DNA of 64,000 nucleotides, taken from Phenylobacterium sp. SCN 70-31. Lineage in GTDB: Bacteria; Pseudomonadota; Alphaproteobacteria; Caulobacterales; Caulobacteraceae. Under the pieces are notes generated by a model. That model searched no databases, was not told the origin of the DNA, and worked only from the letters and a program-made list of their open reading frames with translations. The translations under genes and the position numbers were made by a program. Positions 36,983-44,479 of the stretch are shown piece after piece (position 1 is the first letter of the stretch; the number at the start of each line of letters is the position of its first letter). The stretch spans positions 132,295 to 196,294 of the forward strand of contig NZ_MEEX01000001.1 of assembly GCF_001724605.1 (NCBI RefSeq), given 5' to 3'.

Positions 36983-37146
36983 GTAACGCCGACCCCGAGG
37001 CGTCGGGTCAAGTGGAACCTGTCGGAGAACCGTCCCGCTCGGGCGCCGAAATGGGGCGGCTCCCTGGGGAAGAGCCGCCCGAAAGACGGAGACCATCGCC
37101 TCGCGTCCCTTGAGTTTCGCAACGGGGAGGAACGCCGCGCCCAGCT

Positions 37147-37162
37147 TGGTAACGAGTTATCT
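37147..37162. promoter_or_regulatory. Island operator copy 6: TGGTAACGAGTTATCT
   Basis: The first 15 of 16 positions are identical to copy 2. It lies 180 bp upstream of copy 5 and about 170 bp upstream of purC. Confidence 0.55.
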
Positions 37163-37296
37163 TGATGGCCGCAAGCGTTGCGCGACGCCCCCACGCCTGC
37201 GGGATTCTCGCCACGAAACCCACACGGCCGGCACGATCGCGCAGAGCGACGCCAGTCCTCGGGAATCCACGCACCGTGAAGCATGGCGGCGGCGCC

Positions 37297-37324
37297 TTGA
37301 CGCGCAAGACCTCACTGCAATACC
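37297..37324 (+). promoter_or_regulatory. Caulobacter-type housekeeping promoter TTGACGC-N13-GCAATACC ending 6 nt before the purC ATG
   Basis: It matches the TTGACGS / GCTANAWC architecture with a 13-bp spacer. There is no Shine-Dalgarno between it and ATG 37331. Confidence 0.45.
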
Positions 37325-37330
37325 GGGCCT

Positions 37331-38290
37331 ATGCTCCCGGCCACATCATCCGCCCTGTCCGACGCCCATCTTCCCGAGTTCCCGAACCACTATCGGGGCA
37401 AGGTGAGAGACACCTACGACCTCGCCGACGGGCGGCTCATCATCATCGCGTCGGATCGGCTGAGCGCCTTCGACCGGATCCTGGCGGCCATTCCCCACAA
37501 GGGTCAGGTGCTGACACAGACGGCCCGATACTGGTTCGAGAAGACGGCGGACATCTGCCCGAACCACATCCTGGACTATCCCGACCCCAATGTGGTCGTG
37601 GGACGGCGGCTGAGCATCCTTCCGGTCGAGATCGTGGTGCGCGACTATCTCGCCGGAACGACGGGCACCTCGATCCTCAGCCTCTACAAGCAGGGTCGGC
37701 GCAGCCTGTACGGCCACACCTTTCCGGACGGCCTGCGCGACAATGCGCGCCTGCCTCAACCGATCATCACGCCCACCAGCAAGGCGTTCGACGGGGGCCA
37801 CGACGAGCCGCTGACAGCGGACGAAATCCTGGCCCGCGGGCTGCTGACGGCGACGCAGTGGGAGACCGTCTCGGCCTACGCCCTGGCGCTGTTCGATCGC
37901 GGCCGGCGGCTCGCCGAGGACCGGGGACTGATCCTGGTCGACACGAAGTACGAGTTCGGGCTCGACACGGAAGGCCGGATCGTCCTGGCCGACGAAATCC
38001 ACACCCCGGACTCCAGCCGCTATTGGATCGGCGAAACCTATCCCGAGCGGTTCGCCGCGGGAGAGCGCCCGGACTCGTTCGACAAGGACTACGTGCGCAG
38101 TTGGGTCGCGGCCCGCTGCGATCCCTATGTCGATCCCATTCCCGAGATCCCGGACGAACTGGTCGCCGGCGCCTCGAAAGTCTACGTTGACGCCTTCGAG
38201 ACGATCACGGGCCAGACGTTTCAGCCACCGGCGGCGGGCGAACCGGTGCTCGATCGCATCCGCCGCAACCTGGCGCCCTACCGCCCCTGA
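37331..38290 (+). CDS. purC: Phosphoribosylaminoimidazole-succinocarboxamide (SAICAR) synthase, long form
   Basis: [31 protein letters not shown]. 319 aa. Confidence 0.9.
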   Translation: MLPATSSALSDAHLPEFPNHYRGKVRDTYDLADGRLIIIASDRLSAFDRILAAIPHKGQVLTQTARYWFEKTADICPNHILDYPDPNVVVGRRLSILPVEIVVRDYLAGTTGTSILSLYKQGRRSLYGHTFPDGLRDNARLPQPIITPTSKAFDGGHDEPLTADEILARGLLTATQWETVSAYALALFDRGRRLAEDRGLILVDTKYEFGLDTEGRIVLADEIHTPDSSRYWIGETYPERFAAGERPDSFDKDYVRSWVAARCDPYVDPIPEIPDELVAGASKVYVDAFETITGQTFQPPAAGEPVLDRIRRNLAPYRP

Positions 38291-38299
38291 CCGCGCCGC

Positions 38300-39562
38300 T
38301 CAGGGCGTCGGGCTGGCCCCGAGCGCCTCGAAGACGCCGCTGTAGCCGGCGCTGGACCCTGTTCCGACCTGCGCCCGCACGTACTTCAGGATCCGCTCTC
38401 GGACCTCGGCGGCCTCTGGAAACTCACGGTCCGTCCAGAAGCGGCGCGCGGGATCGAAGTAGCCGATCCGGGCCAGGAACGACGCCCCGTAGTATTGGCT
38501 ATCCTGCGACGAGCCGTCGGCCAGGCTCGGTTCGAAGGAGCCGTCCGCCTGCAGGGATTCGGTGAGGCACCACGCGAGCATCGCTTCGATCTCGGTCGTC
38601 ATCCGCGCCCGCTGGTCGGCGGTGGCGTGCGGCCACGCGTACTGAAAGATCGTGACCACATCCATGCTCATGTGGTTCCAGTAGCGTCCGCGCCACCGCC
38701 AGCCCTGCGGATAGTCGTAGTCCCGAACCGCCAGGGTCGTCTCGATGATCCGGGGCCAGTTCGGCACCTCGCCCCGAAGGTACGAAATCACATGGAAGGT
38801 GGTGCTGAGGTCTCCGCCGAAGCGGAAGCCGTCCTCCTGCCGATATTGCTGCCCCCAGAACCCGGTCGCAGGATCCTGTTGCTGCGCCACGATATCGAGC
38901 AGCGCCTGTCGCAGGGCCGGATCGGGGCTGTAGTTCTGGGGCCGGCCATGGACCAGCATCCGGATCAGGACGGACAGAGTCTCGTTGTACTCCCGGCCGT
39001 GATCGAGCCCGGTGGTCCGCACATCCGAAACGGCGAGCGCCTCGAGGCGACGGCGGAGCTTTTCGGGCGTCGCGACCGGTTCGAGGAAGGCGGGCAGCGG
39101 CTGTGGCTCGGTGGGCGGCGCGCCCTGCGTGGAGAGACGATCGTAGGTCGCGTAGAGCTTGAGATACCACTGGTTGAAGCAGCTTCCCCACAGGCCGTCG
39201 GCGTCCGGCCGATCGTCCTGCGGAGCGGTCATGGCCGCCTGAAGCGCCGCGATGCGCTCGTCGATGCGTTCGAAATCCGCGGAGGTGGGTATCAGCGAGA
39301 TGACCTCGAACAGGATCTGATGGGCGCAGGTGTTCACCCGCCCCTTTCGCTCCCCCCGGATCAGCGTCGCCGCCAGGGTGCGCGTGGCGTCGGTCCGCTT
39401 GCGACGCGCCTCCACATATCCGGGATCGAAGGCCAGGAAGTCGGCTTCCAGGCGCGCGGCGTCAGGTCCCGGTCCGGGGACAGAGCCAGGCCCGGGCGTC
39501 GTCGCATAGCCCGATGGCGCGGCCACGAGCATGGCCGCCAGGGAAAGAAGCACCAGCCTCAT
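38300..39562 (-). CDS. Secreted hypothetical protein, possible alpha/alpha-toroid (QW-repeat-like)
   Basis: Signal peptide MRLVLLSLAAMLVAAPSGYA. QQDPATGFWG fits Q-x4-G-x-W, and SLQADGSF is also present. Start trimmed to ATG 39562. The family call is weak. Confidence 0.4.
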   Translation of the reverse strand: MRLVLLSLAAMLVAAPSGYATTPGPGSVPGPGPDAARLEADFLAFDPGYVEARRKRTDATRTLAATLIRGERKGRVNTCAHQILFEVISLIPTSADFERIDERIAALQAAMTAPQDDRPDADGLWGSCFNQWYLKLYATYDRLSTQGAPPTEPQPLPAFLEPVATPEKLRRRLEALAVSDVRTTGLDHGREYNETLSVLIRMLVHGRPQNYSPDPALRQALLDIVAQQQDPATGFWGQQYRQEDGFRFGGDLSTTFHVISYLRGEVPNWPRIIETTLAVRDYDYPQGWRWRGRYWNHMSMDVVTIFQYAWPHATADQRARMTTEIEAMLAWCLTESLQADGSFEPSLADGSSQDSQYYGASFLARIGYFDPARRFWTDREFPEAAEVRERILKYVRAQVGTGSSAGYSGVFEALGASPTP

Positions 39563-39620
39563 CGAAGCCTCCGCGAAGTCAGCCGGACGCGACGCGCATT
39601 GCGGCGTCGCCCGGACTGTG

Positions 39621-39650
39621 GAAGATGGATACATCTTCTAAGATGCATAT
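39621..39650. promoter_or_regulatory. Inverted repeat GAAGATG-gata-CATCTTC followed by TAAGATGCATAT at the marR start
   Basis: Three AAGATG/CATCTT half-sites in an AT-rich patch. They overlap the possible marR ATG at 39643. Confidence 0.5.
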
Positions 39651-39663
39651 AGAGAGAACGGAA

Positions 39664-40116
39664 ATGGATTCTGCGGCGGTCTACTTCGTGGCCCGGCATC
39701 TCCTGGCGGCGGCCCGCCATGCGATAGATCCGCAGGAGCAACTCGCCGAACTGCCGGCCACGGAGCGGATCATCCTGCAGGATCTGGTCGAGTCCGCCCC
39801 GACCTCGATTCAGGACATCGCCCGGCGCACGCAGATCGCCCAGAGCCGGGTTTCGGCCGCGGTCCAGAAATGGCGCGAGCGCGGGCGGATCGACGCGCGG
39901 CCGGACCCGACGGACCGCCGCCGATCGATCCTGACGTCCAGCGCCACCCTCGACGCCGAGGTCCTGGCGGGAATGGGCGCTTCGGCCGACACCGTATTGC
40001 AGGCCCTCGGCGTGAACCTGAGCGCCCGGGAACGGCGATCCGTCCTCCAGGCGCTCGAGCTTCTCCATGAGAGGCTGAAACAGGCCGCACGCGCCCGAGA
40101 GTCAGAACCGCTGTGA
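39664..40116 (+). CDS. MarR-family transcriptional regulator
   Basis: Winged-helix region LPATERIILQDLVESAPTSIQDIARRTQIAQSRVSAAV...DPTDRRRSIL. ATG 39643 is an alternative start. The 3' end overlaps the convergent TonB receptor by 15 nt. Confidence 0.85.
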   Translation: MDSAAVYFVARHLLAAARHAIDPQEQLAELPATERIILQDLVESAPTSIQDIARRTQIAQSRVSAAVQKWRERGRIDARPDPTDRRRSILTSSATLDAEVLAGMGASADTVLQALGVNLSARERRSVLQALELLHERLKQAARARESEPL

Positions 40117-43100
40117 GACGTTGAGGTAGAACCGCCGTCCGCGCGGGTCGTACACCGTGGGATCGTAACGCTGGTCGTTCTCCACGAAGTACGGCGGCTT
40201 GTTCTGGAAGAGGTTGAGAACCCCGACCGTGAGCCGCGGGCCCTCGACGCCCCCACGCCATTCGGCGAAGTCGTAGGCGAACTGAACGTCGAAGGTGACG
40301 TAGGAGTCGAACCGCCGCGTGGCCAGGGCAAGGATGCCGGGCTGGGCGTCGTCGATCGTCGCCTCATAGGCCAGATTGTCGTAGCCCGAGACATAGCGGA
40401 CCGTGCCGTTCGCCGCCGCGGGACCCCGGCTCCATGTGGCGGACACATGGCCCTTCTTGTCCGGCAGCGAACGCGCGATCTTGCCGTCGCCGGTGGTGCC
40501 GGCGGCGTCCGTCACGCCCGTGCCCAGGAAGCCGTCCTCGAAGCCCGGAAGCCCGCGGATCTTGTACTGGTTCACATAGGTGAACCCACCCTCCAGCAGG
40601 ATGTCGCCCCAGTCCGTTCCGAAGCGGTAGCGCGCCGCCACGTCCACACCATCGGTGAGGACACGCCCGGCGTTGACCGAGACGATGTCGACGGTCTGGA
40701 GCGTCGCGGCCTGCGTCAGCGCCCGCGACACGCCGTCCGTGGCGTAGAGGCGGGGGTCCACGATGCAATCGCGCCGGACCAGGCCCGCCCGCAACGCGTT
40801 GGGATTGCAAGCGACGTAGGGGTTCGCCACGCCGAGCGCGGTCGACGCGGCCTCGACGTAGTTGGCGGGATTTCCGACCGCGGCGTTGAACCGGGCCACC
40901 TCGGCGTCGAGCGCCTGGACGATCGGCTGCGGCACGACCCGATCGCTGAAGTCGAACCTCCAGTAGTCGACGGACACGTACAGGCCGTCCAGCGCCCCGC
41001 CCCGCGGTTGGAAGATCAGGCCGACGTTGTAGGTGTCGGCGGTTTCAGACTTGACGTTCGGCGACGCCAGGGAACGGAAGAAAATGCTGGTGTTCTGGCC
41101 GTTCTGCACGGTCGCCGGCCTCAGTCCGGCCCGTACGTCCTGGCTCGACAGCCGGTCGATCACCATCGCGCTGTCCGCGCCGTTGCCGTTGAACACGATG
41201 CCCGTGTTGGGGGCGCGGAAGGACTTCGAATAGGAGGCGCGGAACGCCAGGGCTTCCAGCGCCTGCCAGCGAACGGCGACCTTGGGCGTCGTCTCGGCGC
41301 CGATGCCGCCGCCGTAGTCCTCGTACCGGATCGCCCACTGCGTCTGGATCGACTCCAGGAACGGCAGCTGGAGTTCGGCGAAGGCGGCGTCGACCGTACG
41401 GCGGTCCCGGAACGACCGTGTGAAGTAGCCGCCGAAGAACGCGTCGTTGGCGGCATACCGGAAGGTGGCCGGCCGCGAAGACGATGCGTAGGTCACCAGC
41501 GTCTGGAGACCTGGCTCCACCAGGTCGTAGGACAGCGCCCGCTTGTCCTCCTCGCGGCGTTGCAGGCCGACGGCGAAGGCCGCCTGGCCGCCGGGAAGAT
41601 CGAACAGATCGCCGCTCACGACCAGATCGAACGACTGCAACTCGTTGCGCCGGTCGGAAGCCGGGACCAGCGGACTGATCCAGTCCAGCATCTCGCGATC
41701 GTTCGCGAGCGCCGGGTTGCTCAAGGCGGTCAGATAGGGATTGAGGAAGTGGCAGTCGCCCTGCCCCTGATTGGTGCTGGTGACGGCGAGGGAGACGGTC
41801 TCCCGCAGGCTTTGCGGGAAGCCGGGCTGGTACTCGCGGAACAGAATGTTGTTGAGCGTCGCGTTGCCGAAGAACGGGTCCGAGTTGAGGTTGTAGGTCG
41901 TGACCCCGTTGGGAACGCACCGGGGACCGCCCAGGCCGTTGATCGCCAGTTCGGCGTTGTATCGGTTGATGGTGCGCTCGACCCGCTTCAGCCGGGTGTC
42001 GCTGTAGCTGTAGGAAAAGTCGTAGCGGAAGGACCGCCCGAAGGCGGGGAAATCGCCCTTCAGCCCGAACTGCAGGCCGCGCGTGGTCGACGTGTTCCGC
42101 GAGTCGTCGCCCCCCGAAAACGGGAAATCGGTGTTGAAGTAGACGAGGGCCGGAACGCCCAGACCGCCGTTCGCGCGATCGTTGGGGACGTTGCCGATGA
42201 CCGGCGGCGCCAGAGACGGATTCAACGCCCCCGTACTCCTCGATCCGAGACCGAAGATCGGACTGCCGGTGGGAAGGATCAGCGCCGGTCCCTGCGAGCG
42301 CATGCCGCCCGTATCCGCCCGGCGGACCGAGTTGTGGGCGTATTGCGCAAACCCGTAGAGCTTCAAGGAATCGCTTACCTCGTGAGCGAACGACACGGCG
42401 CCGCTGAATCGCTTCTGCGCGGGGTTCACGAAGCGCAGATGGGTGATGTCCTGCCCGCAGTCGGACCCGGGGGTCGAGGCCTTCTGGCTCGGGTCGAAGG
42501 CCCGGTCGGCGGTGAAGCCGAGCTGGCTGCACAGGGGGTCGGTGTAGAGCACGCTGGTGGCGCCGAAGGAGGGATCCAGCGACCGGCGCAGCGTCGTGAG
42601 GGGCTGGTTGATCCAGATCGGGTTGGGCGTGCCGCTGAGGATGCCGGCGACCTTCGAGACGCTGTTGAAGACCTGGGTGCTCGAAGGGTCGAAGCCGGGC
42701 GTGTCGCGGAGCCGGACGGCGTCGCGCTCGAAATACTCACCCCCGACCACGATGCGCGTCCGACCGGCGTTCAGGCTCCGGCCCGCAACGGCCGAGAACG
42801 TGGTGTCCGCAGGGTTCGAACCGCTGCTCATCACGTGTCGCCCGACGCTCAGTTCAAGCCCGTCGAAGCGATCCCTCATGATCAGGTTGACCACACCGGC
42901 CACCGCATCGGAGCCGTAGATGGCCGAACCGCCGTCGGTGAGCACCTCGATCCGCTCGATCATCACGGCCGGCAGGGCGTTGATGTCCACGAACTCGCTG
43001 CCGTCCTGGGTCAGGGCCGCGGCCACGACCTGGCGCTTGCCGTTGACGAGGGTCAGGGTCGAGTTCTGGCCGAGATTCCTCAGGTTGATGTTGGCCGTGC

Positions 43101-43380
43101 CCTCGATCGTCCCGTTCTCGTCGGGATTGGAATTGGTGGTGGAGCCCTGGTTGCTCTCCAGGTTCTTGACCACGTCCCAGATGGTCGCCGCGCCCTGCGC
43201 CTGGATCTGCTCCCGACCGATGACGGTCACGGGCGATGGCGCATCCGCCGGCGTGCCGGCGATCAGCGAGCCCGTCACGACGAGCTCCTCGACCTCGGAC
43301 GGCGCCGCCTGGGCCCAGGCGGCCGTCGGCAGGGCCGCACCCAGCAGCAGAATCGACCGGAGCCGTTGCAACTTCTTCAT
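40102..43380 (-). CDS. TonB-dependent outer-membrane receptor 2 (1092 aa)
   Basis: Signal peptide, TonB-box/plug (EELVVTGSLIAGTP...VTVIGREQI), a long barrel, and C-terminal YLNVSQRF. Confidence 0.9.
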   Translation of the reverse strand: MKKLQRLRSILLLGAALPTAAWAQAAPSEVEELVVTGSLIAGTPADAPSPVTVIGREQIQAQGAATIWDVVKNLESNQGSTTNSNPDENGTIEGTANINLRNLGQNSTLTLVNGKRQVVAAALTQDGSEFVDINALPAVMIERIEVLTDGGSAIYGSDAVAGVVNLIMRDRFDGLELSVGRHVMSSGSNPADTTFSAVAGRSLNAGRTRIVVGGEYFERDAVRLRDTPGFDPSSTQVFNSVSKVAGILSGTPNPIWINQPLTTLRRSLDPSFGATSVLYTDPLCSQLGFTADRAFDPSQKASTPGSDCGQDITHLRFVNPAQKRFSGAVSFAHEVSDSLKLYGFAQYAHNSVRRADTGGMRSQGPALILPTGSPIFGLGSRSTGALNPSLAPPVIGNVPNDRANGGLGVPALVYFNTDFPFSGGDDSRNTSTTRGLQFGLKGDFPAFGRSFRYDFSYSYSDTRLKRVERTINRYNAELAINGLGGPRCVPNGVTTYNLNSDPFFGNATLNNILFREYQPGFPQSLRETVSLAVTSTNQGQGDCHFLNPYLTALSNPALANDREMLDWISPLVPASDRRNELQSFDLVVSGDLFDLPGGQAAFAVGLQRREEDKRALSYDLVEPGLQTLVTYASSSRPATFRYAANDAFFGGYFTRSFRDRRTVDAAFAELQLPFLESIQTQWAIRYEDYGGGIGAETTPKVAVRWQALEALAFRASYSKSFRAPNTGIVFNGNGADSAMVIDRLSSQDVRAGLRPATVQNGQNTSIFFRSLASPNVKSETADTYNVGLIFQPRGGALDGLYVSVDYWRFDFSDRVVPQPIVQALDAEVARFNAAVGNPANYVEAASTALGVANPYVACNPNALRAGLVRRDCIVDPRLYATDGVSRALTQAATLQTVDIVSVNAGRVLTDGVDVAARYRFGTDWGDILLEGGFTYVNQYKIRGLPGFEDGFLGTGVTDAAGTTGDGKIARSLPDKKGHVSATWSRGPAAANGTVRYVSGYDNLAYEATIDDAQPGILALATRRFDSYVTFDVQFAYDFAEWRGGVEGPRLTVGVLNLFQNKPPYFVENDQRYDPTVYDPRGRRFYLNVSQRF

Positions 43381-43567
43381 CTCGTCCCCTCCATGTTCCG
43401 CCTCCGGCTCAGGGGCCGGGCTGGCGCGCTCCGTTCGTGGCGTTCGCCTTCTCGGTGGCGCTTCGCCGCGATGGCTAGGGCGTGGCGCCGATACGCGGCA
43501 ACGGTCGCCCCCAAACTTTTCCGGATGGCGGGACGGCCGCTCGCGACCCCCTCAATCCGCATCCGAG

Positions 43568-43583
43568 AAGATGCATCTTGACA
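43568..43583. promoter_or_regulatory. Perfect 12-bp palindrome AAGATGCATCTT overlapping a TTGACA hexamer
   Basis: Palindrome at 43568..43579 and TTGACA at 43578..43583, followed by an AT-rich ATATATATT stretch. Located in the divergent TonB-receptor-2 / iclR region. Confidence 0.55.
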
Positions 43584-43645
43584 GATATATATTAGCAGCG
43601 CACCTCCTTTCGCGAGAGAGGACGACCGCTTTGGTGAGGCCGGAT

Positions 43646-44449
43646 ATGAGTTCAACCGACGCGCCGCGCGCGCGCGGCGAGGACGGCGCCGAGCTTGTCC
43701 AGTCGCTGGTCCGAGCGTTCGCGATGCTGGACCAGCTCGCGGCGCACGACGAAGGCCTGAAGCTCACCCAACTCGCGCGGCTGGTGGATCTGCCGCGCTC
43801 CACGGCCCATCGCCTGCTCACGACCATGAGCACTCTCAGGTACATCGAGTTCGATCCGGCCACGCATCGATGGCTCGTCGGCGTCAGGGCGTTTTCCCTG
43901 GGCAACGCCTACGGCCGCCTTCGCGGCCTGCCGCGACTGGCGCGGCCCCTGCTCCGGGCGTTGCAGTTCAAGGTGCGCGATACGGTGAGCCTCGCCGTCC
44001 CCGTGGGCGGCGCGCTGTACTACGCCGCCCAGCTCGAGGGCGCGACCGGCCGCGGTCCGCTGCGGCCTGGCCAGTCGCTGCCGTTCCACGCGACGGCCGT
44101 GGGCAAGGCCTTCCTGGCCCATCTCAGCGAGACCGAGATCGAGGCGCTCCTCGGCGACGTCGGGCTGACGGGCCTGACGCCGGCCAGCCGCACGACCCGG
44201 GCCGGTCTGGCGGATGAGCTCCGTCGGGTTCGCGACGATGGAGTCGCGTTCGACAAGGAGGAGTGCGTGACGGGACTCCGGTGCGTGGCCGTCCCCGTGT
44301 TCAACGCCCGGGGACAGGTCTGCGGCGCGCTGTCGGTCAGCGGTCGCTCCGACCGCATGCCCGAGATGCGGATGCAGGCGCTCGCCCCGACCCTCGACGA
44401 GGCCGCCCGCGGCCTCGCGGCCCACACGGCGGGTTGGGCGCTCGAATAG
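43646..44449 (+). CDS. IclR-family transcriptional regulator
   Basis: N-terminal HTH (VQSLVRAFAMLDQLA...LKLTQLARLVDLPRSTAHRLLTTM) and a C-terminal effector domain. The start lies inside the longer track ORF 42920..44449. Confidence 0.88.
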   Translation: MSSTDAPRARGEDGAELVQSLVRAFAMLDQLAAHDEGLKLTQLARLVDLPRSTAHRLLTTMSTLRYIEFDPATHRWLVGVRAFSLGNAYGRLRGLPRLARPLLRALQFKVRDTVSLAVPVGGALYYAAQLEGATGRGPLRPGQSLPFHATAVGKAFLAHLSETEIEALLGDVGLTGLTPASRTTRAGLADELRRVRDDGVAFDKEECVTGLRCVAVPVFNARGQVCGALSVSGRSDRMPEMRMQALAPTLDEAARGLAAHTAGWALE

Positions 44450-44479
44450 CCTTGCGGGCCCTCGACGGCTCGGCGCACC

